A stretch of DNA of 64,000 nt from Octopus sinensis (GCF_006345805.1 NC_043013.1:12524001-12588000); one strand, 5' to 3'; shown: positions 28,590 to 41,805, numbered from the stretch's first letter. Program-made: numbers and translations. The notes: generated by a model not told the origin, from the sequence alone.

Positions 28590-29555
28590 TTCCTTATATA
28601 GTTTGGGTTCTGTTCCCATCAGAGTGAACTTTTCCATTTTCCAATCTTCCTGGAGTTCGGTAAAATAAGGTTCTATGTTCTGAGTTCAAATTCCACCAAG
28701 GTCAGCTCTGCCTTTTATCGTTTCTGGTTCTGTAAAATATGTACCAGTCAAGGGATGGGATTGATGTTTTCAACTAGAATCTTCCCTCAAAATTTAAGGC
28801 CTTGTGCCTCCAGTGGAAAGGTTTATTATTGTTATTATTAATCATACTGGGAAAAATGCTTAGCAGCATTTTGTCTGCCTTGACATTCTGAGTTCAAATT
28901 CTGCCAAGGTCAACTTTGCTTTTCATCCTTTCAGGGTCAATAAATTAAGTACCAGTGAAACACTGGGGTTGATGTGATCAACTAGTCCCCTCCCTCAAAA
29001 TTTCAGGCCTTATGCCTTTAGTAGAAAGGATTATTATTATTATTATTGCTTAAACAGTAGTGGCTTGATAAAATTGTTAAAGTGTTGGACAAGATGCCTT
29101 CTATTCAATTCTGATATTTAACATTCCGAGTTCAAACACCACTGTGGTCGAGTTTGGTAAAACAAAGTACCAGTCAAAAACAAAGTACCAGTCATTTTAA
29201 TGAGCTAATCTAATCCCTTTCCCATAAATTTCAGGCCTTTTGTCTGTTTTAGAAACAATTTTTTATCAAATATAGTGCCTCATGTTTTTGGGGTTTTTTT
29301 CAGTTCAACTTTCTCTGGGTTTAACGTTGCCTTTCATCTTTCTCGGGGATCTATGTAACAAACACCAGTAAGATGAAAGGGCTGGGCAATAAATGCTCAT
29401 TACCTTTCCTTCTGATACAGCCTTGGTCCTTGCCCAGAACATGAAGCTTAGTAGCATTTCTTCTAGCTTTACATTCTGAGTTCAAATCCCACCAAGGTCG
29501 ACTTTGCCTTTTATCTTTTTGGGGGTCGGTAAAATAAGTATCAATTAAGCACTGT
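28590..29555 (+). mobile_element. Head-to-tail array of about five decayed family A SINEs
   Basis: The B-box TTCTGAGTTCAAAT recurs at ~28678, ~28887, ~29124 and ~29474, with TACCAG and TTTCAGGCCTT tails separated by (ATT)n. Confidence 0.8.
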
Positions 29556-30058
29556 CATCATCATCATCATCATTATCATTTAACGTCCGCTTTCCATGCT
29601 AGCATGGGTTGGACGGTTCAACTGGGGTCTGGGGAGCCCGAAAGCTGCACCAGTCCAGTCAGATCTGGCAGTGTTTCTACAGCTGGATGCCCTTCCTAAC
29701 GCCAACCACTCCGAGAGTGTAGTGGGTGATTTTATGTGCCACCGACACAGGTGCCAGACGAGGCTGGCAAACGGCCACGCTCGGATGGTGTTTTTATGTG
29801 CCACCGACACAGGTGCCAGACGAGGCTGGCAGACGGCCACGCTCGGATGGGTTTTTTATGTGCCACCGACACAGGTGCCAGACGAGGCTGGCAGGACGGC
29901 CACGCTCGGATGGTGTTTTTATGTGCCACCGACACAGGTGCCAGATGAGGCTGGCAAACGGCCACGATCGGATGGTGCTTGTTACGTGCCCACAGCACGG
30001 AGGCCAGTCGATGCGGTACTGGCTACGGCCACGTTCGGATGGTTTTCTTATGTGCCAC
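29556..30058 (-). mobile_element. Family D SINE-like element, young (CpG-rich), with an internal 62-63 bp tandem array
   Basis: The minus strand ends GGTTGGCGTTAGGAAGGGCATCCAGCTGTAGAAAC...GCTAGCATGGAAAGCGGACGTTAAA(TGA)n. Tandem units start at 29731, 29793, 29855, 29918, 29981 and 30047. Confidence 0.85.
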
Positions 30059-30532
30059 GTGCCACTGTGGTTGATATAAATCAACTAGCCCCTCCCCTCA
30101 AAATTTCAGCCCTTGTACTTATAATAGAAAGGGTTATTTAATTTTGGTTTTTTACATTGGAAGTTCAAATGCTGCTGATCAGTACAGCATAGGACAAAAT
30201 GCTTTTTGTCATATACTTAAGTTCAGGGATCAAATCTTATCAAGGTCACATGGCTTTTTAATCCTCCCAGGTTTATAAAATAAAGTAGAAGTCAAGCACT
30301 AGGGAGTTAATGTATTCAACTGTTCCCTTCCTTACGCCTTCTCTCTACCAAAAATTTCTGGTCTTGTGCTTATGCAAATTATTATTATTGTTATTATTAT
30401 TCTTTAGGTGTCTTTCAATATTTTCTATATATAGTTCTTTTGAAAATAATACTCTTTCCAGCATCCACATTATTTTTTTGCCATATATTCTGCTTATAAC
30501 ATATATTTACTATTATTATTATTATTATTATT

Positions 30533-30565
<33 letters not shown>

Positions 30566-30599
30566 GTCATCATCTCATCATCATCATCATCGTCATTAA

Positions 30600-30815
30600 G
30601 GTGACAAGCTGGCAGAATCGTTATCACACCAGGCAAAATGTTGAGTGGTATTTCATGTTTTTGCATTCTGGATTCAAATTCCACCAAAGTCGACTTTGTC
30701 TTTCATCCTTTTCAAGGCCGATTAAACAGGTACCAGTTGAACACTGGGATGTCAATGTATTCGACCCTCCCACCCCAAAAAGACTTGCTGGCCTTTGCCA
30801 AAACTCGAAACCATT
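30600..30815 (+). mobile_element. Family A SINE
   Basis: GGTGACAAGCTGGCAGAATCGTTA...ATTCAAATTCCACCAAAGTCGACTTTG...GGCCTTTGCCAAAACTCGAAACC(ATT)n. Confidence 0.85.
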
Positions 30816-30816
30816 A

Positions 30817-30858
<42 letters not shown>

Positions 30859-31610
30859 TTGATTGTCTTCCTATTAAATTAGCAAAAGTTTTTAAAGGCC
30901 TTGCATGGGAGAATGGACAGATATTCTTCAAAATGAAACCGAGACTAATATTACCCATACACACACACACATATATATATATATCTATATATATATATAT
31001 AATATATATATATTATATATATATATATATATAATATGTATATATATATAATATGTATATATATATAATATGAATATATATAATATGTGTATATATATAT
31101 ATATATATATGCATTCAACCATACATGTGTATGTATGCATATATATATAGAGAGAGAGAAAGTGAGAGTCAAAGGAAAGAGTTCTTTGTGGTTCATTTTT
31201 TTTTTATTAAATCTATGATATATTGAAATTTGTAGCGATTGTTTTTTTTTTTCAATGTAGATGGTTTACTTATGGATATGTATATATGTATGTCTACAAG
31301 TAAAAGATATTTGTGTGTGTGTGTATGTAAGATGTTTTGTATCTGTGCCTGCCTAACATATAGGCAAGATAAAGGATTTTTTTTTTTAAAACCCTTAAAA
31401 AGCAGTTATCAGATCTTCTCATTTTTACCATCCTTCCTTATTCCATTTTTCTCTTTCAATGCCCTCCTCCTGAAACCCATGGACAAATCTTACTCAGGGT
31501 GGGCTACAGGATGGTGAGGTAAGATAATCAACTGGGCAAGCATTGAACATTTTATTTCAAACTTTTTTCGTAATCATTTTGCCATGTCAACATCTTTTTT
31601 TTTCCATTGG

Positions 31611-31915
31611 TATATGGGACCAACAAATGTCCATATATATATATATATACCCGTATGTTATAGTAGCAAATAATATAGTATATGTATAGGGCCAATAACA
31701 TTGTGTATGAATATTTATGTATATATGGGGCCAATAGCATTGTGTATGCGTATATATATATGTATTGTCCATGTATGTGTATGCATATATGTGACCAATA
31801 ACATTGTGTGTATATTTATATATATGGGATCAACAAAATTGCGTATGTATGTATGTGTGTATATATATATATATATATGTATGTATATATATGGGGCCTA
31901 TGGCATTAAGTATGT
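31611..31915. repeat. Six dispersed copies of a ~20 bp motif (TATATGGGRCCAATARCATTG) separated by TA/TG simple-repeat spacers
   Basis: Copies at about 31611, 31685, 31723, 31787, 31821 and 31888. Confidence 0.75.
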
Positions 31916-32599
31916 GTGCATGCATTCCAATCCTTTGCTTCTGACATAATTTAACTGACAGAAATGAAACTAGATCAGATTTCTGGCTAATTATATGAAT
32001 CCCTAGGTTATGAGTTCAAATCTTGCTAGCTAAAAATATCGTGGGGTTTGCTTAATTCTGTTCTATACACTGCCTTCACTTAACAGCATTAGCTAATAGG
32101 AAGGTAATGTTGTTGTTTCAGGCATAAAAGTTAGCAGGATAAACTGGCATCCTATACTGAGGTGTCTTGTAAAAGAACTAGACAATTATACAATGCTCCC
32201 ATTGTTTGCAACAGTGACCTGTGCCTCCCTCCTTCTCTCTTTATCTCTCACTCATTCTCTCCTTATGGAGCCTATCTGGAACTAATTTGGTTGAATATAT
32301 TGCATTTGCTGGGCTACATATTGCACTGTCTGTAGAATCAGAATCCAACCCCTTCAGCTCCTTAAAAACCATGGACCAGTAGCCTAATATTCACAAACCT
32401 TGTATATCCTAGCTATTCTTTGCTCATTTTTCGCTTTATGCAAATTACTCTGGGCCATAAATGTTGCTTATTCCTATTTTTGTGTATATGTCTCAGTCTC
32501 ATGTTCGCTGGAGTTAAGATTAGGCAATGCTGTGCTGATGATGCCCATTGAGGCTGAAAAGTGTTTACAGTTGTCCTCTTGCCTCCTAAAAAACCAACA

Positions 32600-33230
32600 A
32601 CCCAAAACAGGTTGTCATTTTCGTTAATGATCTGCCAGTTCCTAATGCACCAATTATCACAAGTAAAATCTTTTAAAGATTTCACATTCCAAATCCTCAC
32701 AATCTCAAATTTTAAGGGGTTGTAGTTCTTCAACTTTCCATCTGCTTGATCGACATGATGGATCTCAGTCAGTAAACAAATTCAATTTTCCTTGTTTATT
32801 ACTGTAATATCTGGTTTGTTATGTTCCATCTAATCTATCTCAATGGGAAAATTCCACAAGATCTTGCATGTTCCCAACTGAAGCACTCTTTCTACCTGAT
32901 GATGGTATCATGTACTTCTTTCTTCAAACACCCATTTTTCACAAAGCTTCCAGTGTAAAACGTTTATAACTTACATTCTTCTTAGAACAAATTGAGGCAT
33001 TCTGCAACAATGTATGCCATTGTTTCATCCCAAATTCCATACACCCTACGTTTTGCTGAGACCTCCATGCCATATAGGTATTTTCTCAAATTGTTTGTTA
33101 ACAATGCTTCATCTTGAGCTGCTATAATAAGGCTTTCTGTATCTCTTTCCAATTGTACCTTTTTCAGCCAAGCCCAGGATTTTGTTCCACACACATCTTC
33201 AGTGGCTTTCCAAAACTTACCATGCTGCTG
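32600..33230 (-). pseudogene. R4/Dong-type (RLE) non-LTR retrotransposon fragment: zinc knuckle and restriction-like endonuclease region, with stops and frameshifts
   Basis: Translates QHGKFWKATEDVCGTKSWAWLKKVQLERDTESLIIAAQDEALLTN..., LHWKLCEKW, KILWNFPI, HNKPDITV, YNPLKFEIVRIWNV and VIIGALGT, all typical of the C-terminus of RLE-clade LINEs. Confidence 0.88.
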
Positions 33231-33235
33231 CTTTT

Positions 33236-33266
<31 letters not shown>

Positions 33267-33665
33267 TATTTTTTAAGTTTTATAAATTCATCAAATTTAT
33301 TGTCACCATTATCCTTCATCTTCATCATCATCAGCAGCAATAATCCTGACTGTTATAAGATTAAATCTTACATTAACTGAATGTCCTTTCCTTCACATTT
33401 TCCAGTATTCAGTCACAGAAATACCAGTAAGATATTGGGGGTAGAATTATTATGCATGTGTATTTGTATATTATATGTCTACTTCCATTGCCTGTCTTAT
33501 AAATGATTTTTTTTTTTAAATCTGAAGTTCTCAATGTGAATTAGCAATATATCGATAGCACCAACATACACAAAGATTCTCTTTGTGGCAACTCGCTAGT
33601 TATAATAGTAATAGATCATATAGTTAATAATAATAATGACGATGATGATGATGATAATAATAGTA

Positions 33666-33698
<33 letters not shown>

Positions 33699-34425
33699 TA
33701 ATAGTGATAATGGTATTGGTGAGAATACTGATGATAAAAAACAAAATACTACTGTAGCTTTGAAAAGATTTTTATTTTAATTTCTTTATATATTAATCTT
33801 CTCCTTGTTTTCCTACTTCCTCTTTCTTTTTCTCTCTTGCTCTCTCTTTATCTATCTATCTGTCTCTCTCTCCCTATCTTGATTGTATTTGTCTTTCCTT
33901 GAATCAATGTCACTTGGCTTCGGAGGTGAAGTAAATTAGTTTTTACTACCACCACCAACACCACTACTACTACTACTACCACTCCTCCTCCTCCTATTAC
34001 AACTACTTATAAAAATAATAATAACAAATATAGGCTATATAAATAAAGTAGGGGTTGTGAGTGATGAGAAATATGTCAATGTGCAAATGTATATGTGTGT
34101 GTGTATATATGTTTATATATATATATTCATATATATATGTGTGTATATGTATGTATACATGTGTATATGTATGTGAGTATATATAATATATATATATATA
34201 TGTATGCATATATGTGTGTATGTGTATATAGTTGATTAAAATAAATAAAATAAAATAAAAGGTTCAAACACTATTCTCTCTCTCTCTCTCTCTCTCTCCC
34301 CCCTTTATCACCTCCAAGATTTTTTTTTGTTTTTTTTTATAGTATATCTTTTTTCTCCCAGTGATATATTTCATATTGAAGCTTTTCATATACACATATG
34401 TGTACAAACATTGTGTGTGTATGTA

Positions 34426-34488
<63 letters not shown>

Positions 34489-34568
34489 ATGTTGTATATA
34501 TATATATATGTATGTACACACACAGATATGTATAAATAAAACAAATGTACATTATGCATGTATTTTGC

Positions 34569-34604
<36 letters not shown>

Positions 34605-35819
34605 GCATATATATGTATATACACACATATATGTATGTATGTATAATGTAAATTGTCATCATCATCATCATCAATAATATCTGTGTTATAAACCAACATA
34701 AACAAAACCAGGGACTTAAATTTTTATTGTCTGTCTGTGTATATATTTTTATGTATGTTTAGATTCATGTGTGTATGCTTTGTCATTTGTATATACTATG
34801 CACACACACACACACACACACACAACACAATATATATATATATAACTTGTGTGTGTGTGTGTGTGTCACAAGGACAAAACTAAATCAACATCAGCCTTCT
34901 CTGCCTTATTTATTATAGTGCATTTCAGGGAAAACCTTTTTTTTCTGTTTTATTGCTCAAGGGTTGGTGGGGTCATTTTTATTTTGTCTTTCTTTGTTTT
35001 GGTGTGGTTTTTGAATGTTGTGTATATGTAGAAAGGTGATCACATATATATGATATATTATATATATTTATGTGATAGATATATATACATATTTATGTAT
35101 ATATATATATCTATCATATAAGTCATATGTATGTATGTGTGTGTGTGTATCATATACATATATTCATACATGTAAAAATTTTATGTATATATATATATAT
35201 AGTATATATATAGATATATATATATATGTATTTCATAATATATGTATATATATCATACATATAAAAATTTTATGTGTATATGTGTATAATATATATATAT
35301 ACACACACACACGCACAGTATTTCATACATATAAAAATTTTATGTGTATATATATATATAATATATCTATATATATATATATATATATATTATAACACAT
35401 AGTTCAACATATAAAAATCTTATATGTATGTACATATATATATATATGCGTTTGCCTAGGCTTAGACATTTTATAACTCCCCTTCCCACTAAAAAATTAA
35501 ATTAAATTTTTTTTTTGAATCGTATATAATAATTCTTTTTTTTTTTTAATATTTTCTTTCAAACTAAATTCTTGTACTTACTTACTTTTTCACTTCTTGT
35601 TATTATTGCCAAAGTGTGAAAGGGTACATGCATCATGACCTCCCACCCTAAAAAATAAAAAAAATTAACACCTATAAAAAATTGCGAATATATAGATAAA
35701 AAAAAACAAGGGTGCTTTTCAATTATTGAAATGTGCTCGTCCCTTCCCTCTTCTTTCCCTCCTTTTTCTGTTTCCCTATAAAATGCAACGCAATAATAAT
35801 ATCAATAATAATAATGATG

Positions 35820-35857
<38 letters not shown>

Positions 35858-36293
35858 CCTGAAATATTTCATCGTTATTTTTAGTTTATCTTACTTAAAA
35901 GACAATAATCAGCTTAATTCTATCTTTTTTTTCTCCATGTTTTATTATATTATTGATTAATTTATCGTTGTATATTAAAAATGAAAATAAAAACAGTAAT
36001 GATAATGTAATTAATAAATAAAATTAATAATAATAAGGTAAATATTTTTCTAATAGTGTAACACCCCCTACACACACATGTAGATATCATTAAAATACTA
36101 TCAGCATCAAGAACATTACAGAATAAATGGGTTTGACATTGGTTTTTTTTACGTGTACATCTGAATGTGAATTCATCTGTGTGTGTTTGTATGAGTGTAT
36201 AGACATCTACATATAAAATATGTGTGCGTATGTATATATGTATATTATGTATGTGTATGAACATATATATAATTAAGTGCATGCATATACATA

Positions 36294-36326
<33 letters not shown>

Positions 36327-36455
36327 TTATATAGATATGTTTATACGTATGTAGCGATGTTGTATGCATGGTAAATGGAATCCATATTTAATAACAAAAT
36401 TAAAAGTAAACATCTAGCAGCTCTTTAAAAATTATTTCTTTGGGCTGAATGTCTG

Positions 36456-36507
<52 letters not shown>

Positions 36508-36882
36508 GTCTGTCTTTCTTTCTCTCGCTCTCCCTCTCTCTCTTTCTCACTGGTTCATTTGAGGGAGGAGGAAGTCTAGTAAGTCAAATCTTTTGTTTAT
36601 TTTTTTTCCATTTTTAATTCTTAAATTAACGTTTTCACTTCATTACACACATACTAAAAAAAGAAAAAAAATATTTCCAGTGTGTTTACATTTGTTTCAA
36701 AAATTACTATGTCAGGAGGTGTGAATTGAATTGAACGATGACATTTGTAGTAGTAGTAGTAGCAGTAGTAGCAGTAGCAGCAGCAATAGTGGTAGCTGAT
36801 GAGGATAAGTGGACAAGTTTGTTGGACTATCTTATTTTGCCATACCATTCCAAATACATACAAACATACACATGTGTATCTG

Positions 36883-36941
<59 letters not shown>

Positions 36942-37288
36942 TTGCTATTCAACCATTCCTTATTTTCCAGCATTTATTCCATTCATATACTTTTCTAATA
37001 TACAGAGATCCTTCTTGTAAAATCCAAACACAAACATACATGGTAGTGCCCCTGCATGGCCACAGTCTTATGACAGAAACAAGTAAAAGATAAAAGATAT
37101 GTTTCAGTCTGTATGTGTGTGTGCATTTCATACACACACACACACACTCATGGATGTATACTGTCAAGTCTGTAGCAGGATGAGAAGGAAGATGAAGAGA
37201 AATTATTGCACAGATATTGGCCATTTTATGAAAATTCTCCAGTCATATACCTGTCTACAATACCCTAATTAGTTTGTAGGTGTGATAG

Positions 37289-37591
37289 GTTTGTTCCTTC
37301 TCGAGCCATGCCTGGCTCATTGGGGACGGTTTCTTGGTTTCCTTGGTGTATAGGTTCCCCACCTGGATGGGACGCCGGTCCGTCGCAGGTGAGCTGCAAG
37401 ATGCAGGAGGAAAGAGTGAGAGAAAGTTGTGGTGAAAGAGTCAGCAGAAGTTCGCCATTACCTTCTGCCGGAGCTGCATGGAGCTTAGGTGTTTTCGCTC
37501 ATAAACACACACATCGCCCGTTTTGAGATTTGAACCTGCGATCCCTCGACCGTGAGTCCGCTGCTCTAACCACTAGGCCATGTGCCTCCAC
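37289..37591 (-). mobile_element. tRNA-derived SINE, family E, full length with target-site duplication
   Basis: Minus-strand head GGAGGCACATGGCCTAGTGGTTAGAGCAGCGGAC...GGTTCAAATC (A and B boxes); CTGCGACGGACCGGCGTCCCATCCAGG segment; perfect 11 bp TSD AGGTGTGATAG at 37278-37288 and 37592-37602. Confidence 0.92.
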
Positions 37592-39007
37592 AGGTGTGAT
37601 AGCACTGTACAATTTCAGTCCAAGATTGCAGTTTCTAACAGCCCTGTCTTCCTTTATCTTAAAAAAAATCATCTAGATCCTACTGTTCATAAAATTTATG
37701 AACTATCATTAATTTTTTCTAAAATGTAATTTTAATGTTTATTTTTTTTTTTTTAGTGGGTTTAAAATTTTTTATATTCATATATCTCTATGCTCTATTA
37801 GTAATTGAGATGGTGAAGTTTATGTCACTTTTAATGGCCCCTTTTTAGAAATATATATGTGTGTGTGTATGTATGTAGCTACATCTGTGTGTATGTATAC
37901 AAGAAATAAAAAATGAAAATAAAAAATAAAACCCAATGTGCTTTCATTTAGAAGTCAGCCCTAAATTTTTGTTAGGGTCTGACTTGCTCTGGACACTTCA
38001 TATTTCAAGCCCCTTTCTTTTACTTGTTAACAAGTGGTTTAGATGGCAAGGTTTTCTCATAGAACATACTGCTGTACCTTCTTCAACATATAGACTAGCC
38101 ATTTTATGTATTTGAACCTTAAAGAATTGCTTGGAAGCACACAGCATGACAATATAAATCTGTTGGCTTATCATGCCTCCACAGCAAGAAACTAATAATA
38201 GCTCATATCTAAGTACTGTGTATATTAAAAAATATTTACCTCTACTTGATTGGATACTTTTTTGTTGATCCTACTAATAGCAGAACAGTAAATTATATAT
38301 ATTATATATGCATATATCCATATCTTCACTTTTCTTTTCATCACTTCTAACCTATTTACCTTTTTTTTTTCTGGTTCAGACACCCCAGTTTTTTTTTCTT
38401 TAATAGTTGGATAGACACAACAAAAATATATTGTTGGTTATGTAAATTTTATTTATATTTTGTAACTCACTCTGCCCTATTTTTCTTCATGTTTTCCTCC
38501 TAACCCCCATCTAAATTAGAGAATGTAAAAAAACTCTGTAAAACTACAAAACTCTACTCAGAGCCTTCTCTCTCTTCCTATCCATCAGTCACTATTTCAA
38601 TTCACCATTTTCTCAATCCTGCCCCTGCACCTGTAACCCTCTGAAATCTACAAGTTAAATTCCTTAAATGTCTCAACATCAATTCCAGCTATTTTGCCCC
38701 TATGTCAGTAACCTTAATCCAGGAAGAAAGCACCAAAGGTTTTCAAAGACCAGTCACTGGGTCTTCATTCCTTTACCGTTATTTTCTGTTTCTCTTTCTC
38801 TCTCAACTTCTACATTCTCTGTTTTTTGGATTTAAAATGCCTATTCTGTGGTATTCTTTACATTCTACAGCCACTCTCTCTTCCATTTTCCAATTCAAAA
38901 CCAAAATTTGATAGATAAAATGAAAAGAATGTTTTTTGTTGCTTTTTTTTTTTTCTCTGACCATTCCTTTGATTTTGTTTAAGAAATCCGGTCAAAATGA
39001 GGGTTTA

Positions 39008-39340
39008 AGTGGTACCCTGGGCAAGTGTCTTCTGCTATAGCCTCGGGCCGACCAAAGCCTTGTGAGTGGATTTGGTAGACGGAAACTGAAAGAAGCCTGT
39101 CGTATATATTTATATATATATGTGTGTTTGTTTGTGTGTCTGTGTTTGTCCCCCTAGCATTGCTTGACAACCGATGCTGGTGTGTTTACATCCCCGTCAC
39201 TTAGCGGTTCGGCTTAAAGAGACCGATAGAATAAGTACTGGGCTTACAAAAAAAGAATAAGTCCCGGGGTCGAGTTGCTCGACTAAAGGCGGTGCTCCAG
39301 CATGGCCGCAGTCAAATGACTGTAACAAGTAAAAGAGTAG
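39008..39340 (+). mobile_element. Family B SINE lacking the tRNA head, CpG-retaining
   Basis: CTGGGCAAGTGTCTTCT.CTATAGCCTCGGGCCGACCAAAGCCTTGTGAGTGG...GGCGGTGCTCCAGCATGGCCGCAGTCAAATGACT. Confidence 0.9.
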
Positions 39341-39424
39341 AGTAAACTGAATCTGACTTCCTTGCTCTTTGCCCCACTGTAAAACATATTGCTAAACTAT
39401 TTAGATCCTTATGATAATAATAGT

Positions 39425-39540
39425 AATAATTATTATAATTATCAACAATAATAATAATTATTATAATTATCAACAATAATAATAATTATTATAATTATCA
39501 ACAATAATAATAATTATTATAATTATCAACAATAATTATC
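39425..39540. repeat. 28 bp minisatellite x4
   Basis: Unit AATAATTATTATAATTATCAACAATAAT. Confidence 0.9.
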
Positions 39541-39946
39541 AACAATGATAATGAGGATAATTAATGTTGAATTATAATGATGTTCTTCTCATCTGAAAAC
39601 TAAAGAATTTACAGTTAATGTTCTTTCAACTTTGGTCAGATATGAGTCTGTTTACCTGTCGGTATGTGTTTATGTGTATGTACCTATGTACACATATTGA
39701 TGGGTTTCTGTGTCTTCAAGAGAAACCATTATCAGAATGTCATACCAGAATTTTATTGCAAGCTATTTACACAGTAACCCAGTCACACAAACATTGCCCA
39801 CAATTGTCCCTGTTTGTGTACTCAATAAGGGTGCGAACATCAATGCTGTCAGTCATTATACTGGAAACATTAACCAAATTTCCTTCAAATCACACTCCAG
39901 TTTCTTAATTAAACAAGGAAAACATGAGATAATATGTATGCTTATA

Positions 39947-39979
<33 letters not shown>

Positions 39980-40576
39980 GAAAGGGCTGTTATTTCTAAC
40001 TGGAACAAAACTCCATCATTGGAATTTAGAATTTGGATAGTCTCATCAGTCTTGGATAAGTCTTGTATATTTTCACCATTCCACTTATTGCTTCAGATAA
40101 GAAAATATACGATTACTGGTGTCTAATATATACATACATAGATACATGTACACACACATCATCAATATATATATATATATATATATATATACCCCATATA
40201 TACATAGATATATACATATGTTGAATCATTCTTATGTCCTTTTATCCATGCTACCATGTGTTACATGAATATATTGTTTAAGGCATTGTTTTACAGCTGG
40301 GTGCTTTTCCTGTCACTAATCTCTACCTGATTTTCAAGTAAAGCAATTTCTTATGCTATGCATTTCCAAATGAGCAAAACCTGTAGACAATTTGTTTACA
40401 CGGGGGAAATGACAATGCAGATTTTCAGTGGTAACTCTGTGCAACTGTACTTAAAAAGTCTGGTGCGATACCTTTCTGAGAGGGCTGAATGTTTAAATAG
40501 GCAGGTGTCTGTTCAAATTTTTACTCTTTCTTTTTAATGATAAGTCTAAAATGTCACATACAGCAGTATATATTTG

Positions 40577-40619
<43 letters not shown>

Positions 40620-41337
40620 CATTATTGCAATTATATATATATATATATAATATATCTATTTTATATGCATATATATGATATTAATAATATTATGGGTTTA
40701 ATATTATCTGCATTAGGTGGGATTTTTTCTCCTACTTTCTCTTTAACATGTCTATATATATATATAATATACTCACCTATATATATATATGTCATTAATA
40801 TATCATTGTATTTACGGTAGTATTGTTATTGTTTACATTTTTTTTCAATTATGCTAATAATGCTCTCTTGCAGTTTCTTGATAAATAAAGGAATTGCATT
40901 GAGTGGGTGGGGGTGACCGGGGGTTCTTTTTTTCCCTTTAAATTCATTTTCATTGCCCTTTTTTTAGCATCTAGCATGCTTATATAAAAAGATAGCTTTT
41001 TATATATTTTTTTAAAGTCTAATTAATTGGCTGTGTGAGAGGTTAGTCTTTCCTTTATAAGGTCATGTGTTATGATCACATGACCAAAAGCTAACCTCCT
41101 TCTCTCTCTCACTCTCATATGCATGTATATCTTGCTTATGTCTTTTGTATTTATATATGTGTGTGTCTGTTTCCTTCTGTGAGGTTCTTTATCCTGATTC
41201 TTCTTTGAGAGAACTTCCAATCCTTCCCTCCCCCACAAATACCACTAAAAAAAAATTCTTTTTTAAATTCCTAAAACTTTCCATTCCCTCTTAAAAATAT
41301 TTCTTATACACCCATCCGTCTCCTTACCAACTTTATT

Positions 41338-41372
<35 letters not shown>

Positions 41373-41387
41373 GAGCATTATTCACTA

Positions 41388-41590
41388 GGGCGGCGAGCTG
41401 GCAGACAAAATTCTTATTACCATTTCTTCCAGCTTTATGTTTTGGGTTCAATATTCCACTGTGGTCAACTTTGCCTTTCATCTTTTTGGGGTTTAGTAAA
41501 ATAAGGACCAGCTCAGTACTAGGGTTGAAGGGACCGACTTGCTTTCTCTCCACTCCAAATTCCAGGCCTTGTGCCTATAGTAGAAAGGAT
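41388..41590 (+). mobile_element. Family A SINE
   Basis: GGCGGCGAGCTGGCAGA...GGGTTCAATATTCCACTGTGGTCAACTTTGCCTTTCATC...CCAGGCCTTGTGCCTATAGTAGAAAGG(ATT)n. Confidence 0.85.
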
Positions 41591-41805
41591 TATTATTAAT
41601 AGTATTGTTATTACAACTATTATCGTTATTTTTATTATACTTATTAATGGTTCTCCTTACTTATTCCAGAAAGAATATAGAATTGATGAGTTTTGTCTCA
41701 GAGTCCAACCACATGTATGTATGTGTGTTTGTGCATAATCATATTCATATATATATAAAAATATATATATATATGTATGTGTGTATGCATATATATATGT
41801 ATGTA

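Noticed and set aside
29756-29965. CAGAYGA-GGCTGGC-AAAC in the tandem unit resembling a hammerhead core
   Set aside because: Lacks the invariant U of CUGANGA and the G of GAAA, and stem II cannot form properly.
29580-30141. Overlapping repetitive ORFs and a CRISPR-like look
   Set aside because: They come from the 62 bp tandem unit. There are no unique spacers and no cas genes, and the context is eukaryotic.
32327-32345. TATTGCACT, a miR-92-like 5' end
   Set aside because: The rest of the mature sequence does not match and no hairpin forms.
32528-32575. CTGATGA-TGCC..GGCT-GAAA hammerhead-like string
   Set aside because: Stem II opens with a U.U mismatch, stems I and III are not convincing, and it lies antisense at the end of a decayed LINE.
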